64,000 nt of DNA from Eledone cirrhosa (Eukaryota). Below the pieces are notes generated by a model. The model searched no databases and was not told the origin of the DNA. It worked only from the letters and a program-made list of their open reading frames with translations. The stretch's first letter is position 1. Each line of letters starts with the position of its first letter. The position numbers were made by a program, and so were the translations under genes. The stretch lies in contig OZ024740.1 of NCBI GenBank assembly GCA_964016885.1, positions 59,396,001-59,460,000 on the forward strand. The letters run 5' to 3'. Positions 13,911 through 27,425 of the stretch are shown here, one piece after another.

Positions 13911-15191
13911 TCATCATCATCGTTTAACGTCCATCTTCCACGCTTGCATGGGTTTGGACGGGAATTTTCCCACTTGAGGCAAGGTTTACAGTGTGGACTG
14001 GGAGATTTTACCATGTTATCTACACGCCCACATTACAGCATGGACTGTGTGTTTTTTTTGTCGTGACACCTACACGACCTCATTTATTACGGACTGGATG
14101 TTGTGGTACCAACATAACTTTACATCGAAAGGGGTGGTGTGCATGACGTGGGGGTGGTGGGACGGGGGTGTATTTTTGTTAGAGGTACCTACTGACTGTA
14201 GGTTTAGCGTTGTACTTAGGCAAGGCGGGTCTTCTGTATTACAGTGTAGCGCCAAAGATCTCGGTCCAGTGACATTATCTTGGAGAGGTGTAAGTGTGTG
14301 AGGTCGGAATTTATCAAGTCGTCCCAGGTTTTTCTGGGTCTGCCTACTCCGTGGCTACTGTCTATTTTTATCGCCCTGCACTTTTTTATACAGCTGTCAT
14401 CTTTCATGCGCATCACGTGACCATGCCAACGTAGTCTTCTCTCGAGTAAACAACATCTGATTCCTCTTATTCCTAATTTTTCCCTTAGTTCATTTATGCT
14501 TTGCCGTTCACATTATTACTATTACACATCCAATGGAGCATGCAAGCTTCGTTCCTCTCCAGTCTGCGTATATCCTCTGCATACAATGCCTAAGTCTCAC
14601 TGCCATGTAACATTGCTGTTCGTATGCAGGCATCATACAGCCTGCCTTTCATTTTTAGAGAGAACCCTTTAGTGGTCAATAGTGGTATAAGCTCTCTGAA
14701 CTTTTTCCATCCCGTTCTGACTCTAGCTACTGTACTTTCAGAGCACCCTCCACCACTGCTGATTTTGTCACCCAGGTAACGGAAGGTGTCCACTATTTCT
14801 ATAGAACCATCTGTGCAATGGAATGAGCTAGTATTTTGAGGGCACTTACTGCTACTTATTACACCTGAGCACCGGCCACATATAAAATCTATATTCTTAG
14901 TTAGCTTACCTGTGATCCCACTACATCCATCTTTTATGCACCCATACTTTGCATTTGGGACATAAAATGGAGTTTCTGCCTACTCCTTTCCTATACACTG
15001 AGCATGGCCATTTCCCAGATGGGACCAGTGCTCTATTTTCCTTCCTACATACTAGAACTTTAGTCTTAGACAAGTTAAATTTAAGGCCTTTTGATTCTAG
15101 GCCAGGCTTCCCTGTTTGGAATTTCTTCTCTAGTTCAGCCATTGATTCAGCTATGAGCGTTAGATCATCTGCATATAGGAGTTCCCATGGG
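13909..15191 (-). mobile_element. 5'-truncated decayed RTE LINE
   Basis: [10 protein letters not shown]...GKWPC...AMLHGSET remnants with a (GAT)n tail; same family as 27.4-29.9 kb. Confidence 0.9.
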
Positions 15192-15210
15192 CATATATAT
15201 ATATATATAT

Positions 15211-15267
<57 letters not shown>

Positions 15268-16563
15268 GATTAAACCAGTTTTAGAACTGTCTGGAACTAG
15301 CTGTTGAAATGGCAAGAGCTCAGCCATCAGGCCCCAACTCTTTCTAATATATATGTGTGTATGTGTTTACTCAGGATATCTGTAGATAAAAGGCCAAGGA
15401 AAACATAATCTATTGCAAGAAATCTTAAGTATAATTAAAATTCATACATTTAACATGTATGCACGACCTTAGGTTTCAGGGTCCAGTTATGGCCACCACT
15501 GAATAGTGGAAGAACCATTTCAATGCTAGCCTCTCATCAGATGCCACTAAATTTGGTTTTAATACAGTAGAGAGCACCTTTTTTTACAACAAAGGAGGCA
15601 ATTCCCGAGTTCTTGGGGCTAGAAAACTTTGAATCATGCATATCTGTCATATGTGCATGACTTCTAATCTGTGTATTTGTGTAATATGCTTGTGATTTGA
15701 GTTGTAAACTAATTATCTAAAAAACTTGAACACTTTAAAGGATTACGTTACAAATGGAGACGGTAGATTGAGGGGCCAAGGGAGGTAACATTTGCTGGGA
15801 TAAATCCATAAAGGTTTGTGTATAATCTAGTGCGTAAGTTATTTTTCAAACATTTAACTTCTAAAAGATTCTCAATAATTAAAATTTGAACATGCAAATA
15901 AAATTTTTTTTTAAATGTGTAATTGTATGTGTGTTAGCGAGTGTGCAATGTGAATTTGTAAAGCTAAAACTTCTTTCAACAATCTATTATGTAGTGTTTA
16001 ATGTTTTGTGCATGGCTAGGTTACAGAGAAGAAAAGGTTCATGAAGGATTTAGCAAGTAAGATGAGAGGGCATCTTGTGGTGTTCTTCTTCTTCCTGCTT
16101 ATGCTAGAGAACAGGTCACAGGGGATGAATAGCGACATGGCCACCAGATATGATGACCAGTTGCAATATAAGCGGGCAACTGCCAGATGAATAAGCAAGT
16201 TCAGATCAACAGCAGTAAACTAGTAGAGGAGATGGAGCAATCAGTGACACTCTCAGGAGGTGGCCAGTCTGATGAACATGTCTAAAAATTTCAGTCTTGA
16301 AGTTTAGTATTTTAGATATTAGTTCTATCTATATTTCCCTCCTTCCAATGTTACCATTTGCACAGCTTATTTGCACTTGATGCTGTCCTAGTTGAAAGCC
16401 AATCACTTGCAAGATCCTAAATTTTTCACTGAGGCAGAGCAAGCATCTCTTCATTCCATTTACATATGGCATGGACTTTTTGAGTATTTTTCATGTTATA
16501 TTATGTGGTACTCCTTTTTATTTCAGCTGCCAGAACCTTTTTGCTAGTGCTGTGCTGATTTAA

Positions 16564-16782
16564 TCCTTTAGCATTTGAATTGGCTGTATCTGGCCAGAAT
16601 TCTCTCACCTCTTTCTGTCCAAACCGGCCATAATGGGCTGCTCATACTTATGTTAACGTATTGTTCTCAAAATGAATAATATCAAAATCTCAGATTTGAT
16701 ATTATATGAGATAATTATGTGAGGTAAAGTGTTTATCGAGAAAATACAATAGTAAATATAGAGTAATGTAAATGGTAATGGG
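16564..16782. mobile_element. piggyBac-like MITE (TTAA-flanked)
   Basis: TTAA at 16560-16563 and 16783-16786 with degenerate TIRs; homologous to 35286-35481 and 44468-44685. Confidence 0.6.
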
Positions 16783-17164
16783 TTAAATGAGTGTAAGCTG
16801 ATAGATAGCAATGACCAAAGAAAGAAGAAGAAGAAGAAGAAGAAGAAGAAGAAGAAGAAGGTCAAGGAAAACTTGGAGATTCAATATATAAATGTATATA
16901 TATATGTGTGTGAAATTTGAAATATTGTTCCAATACAAATGACCATAATAATAGTTGATTGCAATAAATAATAGATAGGAAAATGTGCATAGTTCCTTTG
17001 GAAGCCTATCACTTTCTCAAAAGTCAGAATTAGTGACCAGTTCTTTAGTGTAGTGGTTAAGGCATTCACCTGGCATCTCTCAGATATTGGATTCATTTTC
17101 TTGCAGGCACCTCTGACTGCTTTTTTCCATATAAATAAGTATAAATATCATCATTATCATCATG

Positions 17165-17196
<32 letters not shown>

Positions 17197-17198
<2 letters not shown>

Positions 17199-17339
17199 CA
17201 AAGGAATTGTGGTAAAGAACCAGATGAACCATAACGCACCAGAGTACTCAATACTTAGGGAAATAGGAAAAAGTATGACCCCGACGGCAGAAATAGCCGT
17301 CGAAACGGCTTGAGCTCTGCCGTCGGGGTCATACTTTTT

Positions 17340-17343
<4 letters not shown>
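17197..17343 (-). mobile_element. Short foldback copy of the hammerhead-bearing family also seen at 8.8, 15.3, 40.7 and 57.1 kb
   Basis: GAAA-CGGC(TTGAGCTCT)GCCG-TC-GGGGTC; tail containing GAGTACTC; (TA)n flanks. Confidence 0.65.
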
Positions 17344-17379
<36 letters not shown>

Positions 17380-17463
17380 AAAGGTAAACAGAAATAACAA
17401 CACAATCGGTACAGTATATGGAAGGGATATATTTGGTTAACACTTGATATAGCTGCAAGAGGG

Positions 17464-17499
17464 TCTTAACGTTTCCGACACTAGTCTTTCATCAGAAGA
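17464..17499 (-). ncRNA. Minimal type I hammerhead ribozyme
   Basis: TCTT-CTGATGA-AAGAC(TAGT)GTCG-GAAA-CG-TT-AAGA, with palindromic AACGTT helix III. Confidence 0.65.
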
Positions 17500-18972
17500 A
17501 AGAATGAGAAATAAGATAGATTGAGGGGACGGGCGGGATGGAATTGGAAAAAATGTCTTTAGATAAAAATAATTCAAAATTCAGTAAGACCAAGGGTTAA
17601 AATTATTGTTGTTTACTTAAACATCTGCGAACGTCTCAACGCAGCCAGAAATTATACACCATTAGTGGTGAAAACTGAAAGATTTTCAGTTAATTAATTC
17701 TACATAGGCGATATACATCAATCCTTCATCTTACTGAATTTTGAATTATAAATTCTCTGCTACTATAACTATTTGCTCCTGAAGAACGAAGGGTAAAAGA
17801 GGCACAGAGCTTAACTTATCTTACCAATGAAAACAGTGAACTAACACACTATAACCTCATATATTAGTGTGTGTGTATATATATATATGTGTGTGTGTAT
17901 GATAGTGATGATAGGTATATTTATTTATTCATAAGTATTTATGTATGTTTATAACTTTTGTTGATGTATATCAGTAAAGGATGTACATATTGGTAAAAAA
18001 AAACCCAGTGCAGTTGAAATATATTCTTTTGCACTGAGTTACCAATACTCTGTTGTTTCTGTTGCCATGAATATAGTGAACTAAGATATTCTGCATTAAA
18101 AATCTTTAATCAACAAGGCTATTGTTAATTTGCAATCTAAAATCTAATTAAATGAAAGTTTTATCTTCATAAAGGATATCATTTGGGAATATTGAGATGT
18201 TCAGATATTTTCTGATGTTATTATCAGAATTTTTGGTGTCAGACAAAGTGCCTTATGGTATATAGTTACAACCCTTCAATTTCTGATTTCAAATCCTGCT
18301 GAGGCCAACTTGTCCTTTTATCTTTCTGGGGTGTAGAGAAAGAGGTCATTTGATTTAATCTAATCTAATCTGGCTGAGTTTACACTAGCAAATAAGAAGA
18401 ACCAGGGCCACCCCTAGGAGCATTGGATTTGGTGTACTTCATATTTGTTTCAGTTGCTGAATACAATCAGGGGTCGCTGCTTCTCCTGTAGGTCAATAGT
18501 TCTCTTCTAACTAATTTGCATTAATCATCCGCAAAGCCACATTGTTCTCAGAAGCACTACACAAGTCTTTCAATGTGTGCAGCTAGAACTACTGCCACCC
18601 ATTGATTTGGCAGGATTTTTTTTTTTAGATGGCCGTTGACTCTTATGAGTTCTTTTCCCCTTTGTCAGCTTTAGTTTTTTGTCCTTCAGGGTGTCCAAAA
18701 TCACCCTCCTCAACCCTACCAAGTAAACTTGGTAGGGTTGCCGGTTTAGTCGCCTACGACCCGACCATGCTACAGGTTGTACTGGGTTATATGCTACTAG
18801 TAGCACTCAAGAGTGCTAATAAATAATTGTTTCTACGTTAGGCACAAGGCCAGAGTGCTAATAAATAATAAACAAACAAAACAATCAAGTGCCAAAATGA
18901 ATTCGATTGACTGTACCCTCCTCTCAAATATGAGTCAACGTGCCTTTGTTAGAAAACTTGTGTTGCCATTTA

Positions 18973-19152
18973 CGAGGGTTGGCTGAAAAGTTCATTGGCT
19001 GATTATGAAGGTTTGATGTTACAGCTGTGAAATCTTGCATGCATTAATTTTCAACTCTTCTCATTAATAACTGCATTGTTTCTTACCAGGGACTATGTTG
19101 AAAAATAAACCTCAATTGGTCATTCCATGAGAGTATCTTGGGCTGACCCTCA
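18973..19152. mobile_element. mariner-type MITE
   Basis: TA-CGAGGGTTGGC...GCTGACCCTCA-TA imperfect TIRs with TA duplication. Confidence 0.5.
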
Positions 19153-20922
19153 TAGTATCATCCCCCTACTGAGTTCAAATCTCGCCACAGTCAACATTGC
19201 CTTTTATTCATCAAAAATTGATAAAATCGAATATAGGGGAAGTTCTGAGGTCAATACATTCTGGAAGTGAATGGAAATATGATAGAAAACTAAGATTGGA
19301 GAAATAAAATAGTTTTAATTAGGAATTTGATAGCCGAGAGCTGTTAACCTTTTACATTATATCATATATAACCACAGAAATGATTATTTACTTGATTTAT
19401 TTTCCTAGAAATTTCACTCAGTATATTGCATTTATCATCTTCATCATCATCGTCATTTTAATCTCTGCTTTCCCTGCTAGCAAGAGTTGGACAGGTCCAT
19501 ATATACCAAGTTCCATACTGAAGCAGAGTCACTGATCTAAGCAAGCCAGGGATCTGTGTCTCACTTATGTATGGTCTCACATTACATCGAGTGCTCAGAA
19601 GAAGTTGTCATGCTTTTGACACAACTGAGGGTCCTCCCAACCCATTGTTGGGCAAGATTTCTACGGCTGGATGCCCTTCCTATCACCAACCATTTTACAG
19701 TGTGTACTGGGTGCATTTATCATGTAAATCACCAACACTAGGGAGGTTGTCATGCAGTTGATATGACGGGCAAGTTTTCTACAGCTAGATGCCTTTCCTA
19801 TCACCAACCACTTTCCAGCATGTACTGGGTGTGCTTACTGTGTAGATCACCAACACTAGGGAAGCTGTCATGTACATGATATGACTGAAGGATCCTCCCA
19901 ACCCTTTGTTTGTTTGCTTGGTAAGCTCTCCATGGCTGGAAGCCTTTCCTACCACCAACCACTTCACAGGGCAGGGGGCTGCTAAGAATGCGTGTGTAGG
20001 CAGGTTGTTGTAGTGAAGTTGAGAATAACTGTTAAGGAGTGCTAGTGGAAGGTGGTGGGTACATAAACCTGGTGATACCCAAGATGATTAAAATAAACAA
20101 TGAGTGTCAGAACATAAGAAATTTTATTGAGAAAAGCATTTTAACTGGAAAAATATTATGAAGCAGTATAAAAAGCAGTGTGAGGTATGTGTTATGATTG
20201 TTTAGGGAAAGCTGGGGCAATACAAATTAGAAATACAAGCGTATACTATATAAAGCACTAGAATACCACTCACTGTCAACACCATGTTCCAATATCATGA
20301 AATGTAAGGTAAAGGTGTAAACTATTATTCTATTTTATTTTTATGTTATTTTGTTTTGTTCTTGTATTTCTAATTAACTTCGTACTAGCTTTCCCCATAC
20401 AACCATAAACATGGAAAAATATTTCATTTTACAACCAGTAATAAAGTCCACGACTCAAAATATGGAATCTCTGTCAGCAAGAAGAGATATGGTGATTGGT
20501 TTGGGAGAAACACACCAATTAATCACTCTAAAATGTCAGTTGGTCACCTCATATACAAGTCAACAGAGCCATTAGTAGTTTAGCTGCTGCCTCTGCTACT
20601 GGCTTCTTTTATTGTCGGCTTCTGGCTGCAGCTGCAGCTGCTCTGTTTATAAACAGCAATTCTTGTTGTTGTTGTTGCCGCTGCTGCTGTTGTTGATGTT
20701 GTTGATGTTGCTATTGTTATTATTGTTGCTGCTAGCACAAATTTTAATATTTCTTCAAAGAAAAAGTCATTCTCATTTGAATTATTGCAGTAACAAAGAT
20801 ATTAAATTTTCTTTCCCCGATGTATCCTTCTTTTTCTCTCTCTCCCTCTCTCTCTCTCTCGCTCTCTCTCTCTCTATATATATATATAGATGATGATGAT
20901 GATATATATACATACATATATA

Positions 20923-21000
20923 CAGGGTGTCCCAAAAAATGCATACACACTTAAACAGTATTCTAATAAATATATGTTAACATTTTGGGGGGATACCCTG
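20923..21000. mobile_element. 78-bp Tc1/mariner-type mini-MITE
   Basis: TA-CAGGGTGTCCCAAAAAATG...CATTTTGGGGGGATACCCTG-TA. Confidence 0.7.
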
Positions 21001-21014
21001 TATATATGTGTGTG

Positions 21015-21057
<43 letters not shown>

Positions 21058-21225
21058 AGGGGGTTAAGTACTATACTATTTAAAGGTTATAGAAAAGAAG
21101 TAAGAATAGAAACAGCATGGAAGTATATTTAAAGAATCTTTTTTCTTCTTTAATCCAACAAAGTGTTACTTTTGAAAAAAGGAGAAATTTTTTTTTGAAA
21201 AAAAGGGGTTTTATAAAATATAAAA

Positions 21226-21265
21226 AATATTACCGGTCTCGATGTAATTCATCTTATCAAATATT
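21226..21265 (-). ncRNA. Minimal hammerhead-like motif, U3-A8 core
   Basis: AATAT-TTGATAA-GATG(AATTA)CATC-GAGA-CCGG-TA-ATATT. Helices I and II pair perfectly, but GAGA replaces GAAA. Confidence 0.55.
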
Positions 21266-21662
21266 AGATTTAAATTAAAATTTAACGATCAAAATTTAAT
21301 GGAGGAAGAAGGTCTGTTCATATTTTTATGTATGTATGTATATATGTATGTATGTATATGCACACACACGCACATATATATATATATATATATATACGTA
21401 TCATTCCACTGCAAAGTGGTCGTGGAGGTGCCACGGCAAAAAAGCACCCAGCCCACACTGTTAAGTGGACGTGTAGGCGCCACGGAAAAAAAGCACCCAG
21501 CACTCACTGTGAATGAGGTTGGTGTTAGGAAGGGCATCAAGCTGTAAAAATCAAGCCAGAATCAGTTCCCGTCCCACCCTTGCAAGCAGGGAAAAGTGGA
21601 CGTAAAATGATGATGATGATGATGATATATATATAAATATACACACATATATACATACATAC

Positions 21663-22796
21663 ATGGTGGCTGCCAACTCGTTTTCGAGTACGGCCACTAC
21701 TTTATATCCATGTAGGAGAACCCCTACCGATGCGCTGAAAGAGTGTGACTTTTTAATCCAGCCAGTGACTTGAAAACTCTGGTACAAACACTACACCTGT
21801 GACAATTATTGTCACATAGTGCTGGGCCCATGGTACCATGTGACGACAAGTGGAGAGAGATCTCCAGATATAAAGCAATGCCTGTGCCGTGAAGCTTTTA
21901 TAGTGAGCAAAGGCACTGCACAAAGCCAGTGCCACTCTCTTAACCAAGATGATATTTACCAAAAAGAACAAGTCAACATCATTGGATTCCATTAGAGTTG
22001 CAGGTGTTATATCAGAGTTTTCCTTCTCCTAGAATTCTGCCCTAACAAAGGCTAAGGGGTCATCTCTCCCGGATATATATATACATACACACATATACAT
22101 ATATATATATACATATACATACATATACATATATACATACGTAAATATACATATACATACATAAATATCTATATACATACATACATACATACATATATGG
22201 TGGCTGCCAACTCGCTTTCGAGTACGGTCACTACTTTATATCCATGTAGGAGAACCCCTACCGATGCGCTGAACGAGTGTGACTTTTTAGTCCAGCCAGC
22301 GACTTGAAAACTCTGGTACAAACACTACACTTGTGACAATTATTGAAACATAGTGCTGGGCCCATGGTATCATGTGACGACAAGTGCAGAGAGATCTGCA
22401 GATATAAAGCAATGCCTGTGCTGTGAAGCTTTTATAGTGAGCAAAGGCACTGCACAAAGCCAGTGCCACTCTCTTAACCAAGATGATATTTACCAAAAAG
22501 AAGAACAAGTCAACATCATTGGATACCATCAGGGTTGCAGGTGTTATATCAGAGTTTTCCTTCTTCTAGAATTCTGCCTTGACAAAGGCTAAGGGGTCAT
22601 CTCTCCCAGTGATTTTGGATGGCCATTGACTCTTAAGAGCTTTGACAGGTTTTGTTTTTAGTCCTGCAGGATGTCCAAAGTCACCCTCCTCACCAAGAAA
22701 CCTTGGTGGGGTTGCCAGTTTAGTCGCCAACGACCCGGCCATGAGACAGGTTGTACTGGGATACATGTTACCAGTAGCACCAACTGGTGACCTGAC
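21663..22796 (-). mobile_element. Two tandem copies of the non-autonomous RTE derivative seen at 1-3057
   Basis: About 21663-22072 (5'-truncated) and 22197-22796 (full), separated by a (TATG)n-type tract. Confidence 0.85.
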
Positions 22797-22925
22797 ATAC
22801 ATACATATATATATACATACATACATATATATATACATACATACATATATATATATATACATACATATATATATATATATATACATACATATATATATAT
22901 ACATACATATATACATACATACATA

Positions 22926-24408
22926 CATCATCATCATCGTTTAACGTCCATATTCCACGCTTGCATGGGTTTGGACGGGAGTTTTCCCACTTGAGGCAAG
23001 GGTGGTTGTCTTGCTCGCATAGGACTGTCTGGCGGGTTTTCTATGGCTGGATGCCCTTCCTAACACCAACCACGTTTACAGTGTGGACTGGGAGGTTTTT
23101 ACCGTGTTACCTACACGGCCACATTACAGTGTGGACTGTGTGTTTTTTTGTTGTGACACCTACACGACCTCATTTGTTTCGGACTGGATGTTGTGGTACC
23201 AACATAACTTTACATTGAAAGGGGTGGTGTGGCTGGGGTGGGGGTAGTGGGACGGGGGTGTATTTTTGTTAGAGGTGCCTACTGACTGTAGTAGGTTTCA
23301 ATTTGCACTTAGGTAAGGCGGGTCTTCTCTATTACTGTGTAGCGCGAAAGCTCTCGGTCCAGTGACATTGTCTTGGAGAGGTGTAAGTGTGTCAGGTCGG
23401 GATTTATCAAGTCGTCCCAGGTTTTTCTGGGTCTGCCTACTCCGTGGCTATCGTTTATTTTTATTGCCCTGCACTTTTTTATACAGCTGTCGTCTTTCAT
23501 GCGCATCACGTGACCATACCAACGTAGTCTTCTCTTGAGTAAACAACATCTGATCCTTCTTATTTCTAATTTCTCCCTTAGTTCGTTTATGCTTTGCCGT
23601 TCACGTATATTACTATTACACATCCAGCGGAGCATGCATATTTCGTTTCTCTCCAGTCTGCGTATATCCTCTGCACACAATGCCCAGGTCTCACTGCCAT
23701 GTAACATTGTTGTTCGTATGCAGGCATCATACAGCCTGCCCTTCATTTTTAGAGAGAACCCTTTAGCGGCCAATAGTGGTATAAGCTCTCTGAACTTTTT
23801 CCATCCCGTTCTGACTCTAGCAACTGTACTTTCAGAGCACCCTCCCCCACTGCTGATTTTATCACCCAGGTAATGGAAGGTGTCCACTATTTCTATAGAA
23901 CCATCTGTGTAATGGAATGAGTTAGTATTCTGTGGGCACTTGATGCTACTTATTGCACCAGAGCACCGGCCACATATAAAATCTATATTCTTAGTTAGCT
24001 TACCTGTGATCCCACTACATCTTTTATGTACTCATACTTTGCATTTGGGACATAAAATGGAGTTTCTACCTACTCCTTTCCTACACACTGTGCATGGCCA
24101 TTTCCCAGATGGGACCGGTGCCCTATTTTCCTTCCTACAAACTAGAACTTTAGTCTTAGACAAGTTAACTTTAAGGCCTTTTGATTCTAGGCCATGCTTC
24201 CATGTTTGGAATTTCTTCTCTAGTTCAGCCATTGATTCAGCTATGAGCGTTAGATCATCTGCATATAGGAGTTCCCATGGGCAGCCGGTCTTGAACTCCT
24301 CTGTTATAGCCTGAAGGGCAATAATAAATAGTAGGGGGCTAAGGACGGAGCCCTGATGAACACCAACTTTTACGCTAAACTCTTCACTATATTCGTTGTT
24401 AATTCTAA
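22926..24408 (-). mobile_element. 5'-truncated RTE LINE
   Basis: [24 protein letters not shown] and MLHGSETW motifs; (GAT)n tail. Confidence 0.92.
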
Positions 24409-24699
24409 CATATATATACATACACATATACATACATATATATATATACATACATATATAGATACATACAAATATACATACATACATATATACATACATA
24501 TATACATACATACATATATACATATATATACATATATATATACATATACACACATATATACATATACATATATATATACATACACATATATATATATACA
24601 CATACATATACATATATACATATATATATATACATATACATATATATATACATACATATATACATATACATATATATATACATACATATACTCATAAAC

Positions 24700-24742
<43 letters not shown>

Positions 24743-24807
24743 CATACATATATACATATATATATACATACATATACATATACATATATATATATACATA
24801 TATACAC

Positions 24808-24875
<68 letters not shown>
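24409..24875. repeat. Compound (TA)n/(TACA)n microsatellite
   Basis: Direct reading. Confidence 0.95.
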
Positions 24876-24877
24876 GT

Positions 24878-25218
24878 GGAGGCATATGGCTTAGTGGTTA
24901 GAGCATTGGCCTTACAATCGAAAGGTTGTGAGTTCAATTCTCGGACCGGGTGATGTGTTGTTTCCTTGAGCAAGAGACTTTATTTCACGTTGCTCCAGTT
25001 TACTCAGCTGTAGAAATGAGATGATAGGGACTGGGGTCCCTATCATTCCACTGCAAAGTGGTCGTGGAGGTGCCACGGCAAAAAAGCACCCAGCACTCAC
25101 TGTAAATGAGGTTGGTGTTAGGAAGGGCATCCAGCTGTAGAAATCAAGCCAAAATCAGTTCCCGTCCCACCCTTGCAAGCAGGGAAAAAGCGGACGTAAA
25201 ATGAAATGATGATGATGA
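24878..25218 (+). mobile_element. tRNA-derived SINE with RTE-derived tail
   Basis: Pol III A box (TGGCTTAGTGG) and B box (GAGTTCAATTC), central TCCTTGAGCAAG block, and a 3' end identical to the RTE at 50.4 kb. Related copies lie at 34675-35121 (+), 40275-40618 (-), 56385-56720 (+) and 21400-21625 (3' half). Confidence 0.85.
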
Positions 25219-25259
25219 CATACATATATATATATACATATATATATACATATATATAC

Positions 25260-25290
<31 letters not shown>

Positions 25291-25419
25291 CATACACATA
25301 TATATATACATATATACACATATATACATATACATATATACACACATATACATACATACATACATATACATACATACAGACATGCATGCATACATACACA
25401 TACTTACGCCACATATATA

Positions 25420-26997
25420 CTGGGTATACCAGCAAAATTGTTCAATTTTTAGATTCATCTTTGAACCTCTGATCTTAGGAATGCTTAAAGATAACTTAAT
25501 GGAATTGTCAGGGGATTTTCTAACAATGTTGGACTCTACTTTGAGCAAGAAAAATGTTGGTTACTCTCCAAGCTCACTAGAAAAATTTGTGATGAAGTTG
25601 ATCATGGACGAAAATGACATTTTCTTAAATATTTAACCATATCTGAGGATTGGGAGCTCATAAAGGATTGGAATAAAGTTTGAATGGAAGCTTAAAGTCT
25701 TCTTTCAAAGTGCTAGAGACAATCCTGGCTGAAATCCTAACTGTTATGCATCAAGAGTTGCTCCTCTTTTGGCAATGACTTCCTCAACCCTCTTTCTGAC
25801 TGCACCACAAGCTTTTCTCATCAATGACCTCCTCCCATGTCATACGGATGGAGACTTTGAGTGCTTGCAGGTTATTCTAAGGCTTCGCACAAGTTTTTAT
25901 GACCAGCTCATTCCAGATGCTTAAGTCTAATGGTTCAAATCAGATGATGAAGGGGGACAAGTGTCCTTATTCCAACACCTGTTCTCAAACTCATCCCAGA
26001 GAATATTTTTGAACCACTGCACTTGTGTGACAAGGAGCTCCATCTTGTTGGAATGTAAACTTGAAGTCCTTAGCAATCTTTTTGGAGTTTCCCTTGTCTC
26101 TTGCCTCAGGATATTCAGAAAGCATCCATGTCTTTACATCTTTCAAAACCTGAACATAACAAACTCCTCTCAGCCTCTCAGTTTTCTCAAACATGATCAA
26201 CGGCATCTTCTTGCCACCAGAGGCCACACAGATGAAAATCATCAATTTGGTATGGTTTTTACACCTAAAAATGACATATTTATCTCTTTCGTGAGGATCT
26301 GAAGCCAGAATGCAGCAGCTGTATCTGTTTGTATGCATATTTTGGATGAAATTCTTCTCATTTGTGTAAAAGATAACTCCAGGATTATGTTTCACTTTGT
26401 TCAAGATGATTTTCGCCCTCTCCAACCTTCTAACCTTTTATCCTGGAGTAACAAGGTGCCCCACAGGTCTCATGTACGATTTCATTTTCAAGTCTTCTGT
26501 CACCACTCTTTGAACTGTTATAGCTGAAACTCCTCCCTCATGTGCCAAGCATCTTATGGATTGAGTTGGATTTCTTCATATTGATCTCTTCAGCTCCAGA
26601 TTGAAATGATGATCCCTCTTGCAGTTATGACCTCCTGATCCAGTTTTCTTCTCCACTATTCCCTCTTTCTCAAACTTGCTCACAATTCTCTTGGTGGTTT
26701 TTAAAGATGGAAGCCAGAAAATGAATGTTGGTACCATTACTGAAGGCCTGATGATCTTAGCCTGTTCAACATTGCTCAGCTGGGATGATATGGTAAGGCT
26801 GGCACAAACCGATTTCAGCCTGTTCTCTTTCTAGCTAAACATCTCAATAGGTATTTCACTGATTCTTCCAAAATCTGGTGTTAGCATGGCTAGACGTCTT
26901 ATCTGGAAAACATGGAAAATTGCAAATCGATTAGTTTATTGGTTTTAAGAAGTTTTTTAAAAATGTGTGAGCATGACAATTTTGCTGTTACACCCAG
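25420..26997 (-). mobile_element. Full-length but decayed Tc1/mariner transposon
   Basis: TIRs CTGGGTATACCAGCAAAATTGT / ACAATTTTGCTGTTACACCCAG with TA flanks. Minus-strand transposase remnants include FYTNEKNF, FQQDGAPCH and CPPSSSDLN. Confidence 0.85.
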
Positions 26998-27384
26998 TAC
27001 ATATAAATACCATCATTTAACATCTATTTTCCCTGCTAGTAAAGGTTGAACAAGTCGTAACTGACTGGTCAGTACTCATGAGAAGCCTTTAACCTTCAGG
27101 TGGGCTAGGGGCCTGATATATGATCCCATATTTATTGTTGTACCAGCACTAGGAAAGATGTCATGTGTTTGGGCATAGCTGAGGAGTCTTTCTGATCCTT
27201 TGTTTGGCAGGTTTTCTAAGGTTCTTTGTATCACTAACCACTTTACAAAATGTACTGTGTGGTCTTTTATAATGTAGATCAACACACACACACACATATA
27301 TATTTATATATATCCAAACCCATGTAAGCATGGAACACGGACGTTAAACGTTGATGATGAACGTTGATGATGTATATATATGTA

Positions 27385-27420
<36 letters not shown>

Positions 27421-27425
<5 letters not shown>

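Noticed and set aside
17775-17850. Hammerhead starting CTGAAGA
   Set aside because: No convincing helix III, NUH triplet or helix I partner.
20612-20893. Leu-rich signal-peptide-like ORF
   Set aside because: It derives from (TTG/CTG)n and (CT)n repeats and has no ATG or splice support.
24878-24950. tRNA gene (also at 34675, 40550, 58408)
   Set aside because: A/B boxes are present, but there is no clean acceptor stem or terminator, and the sequence continues into a SINE body.
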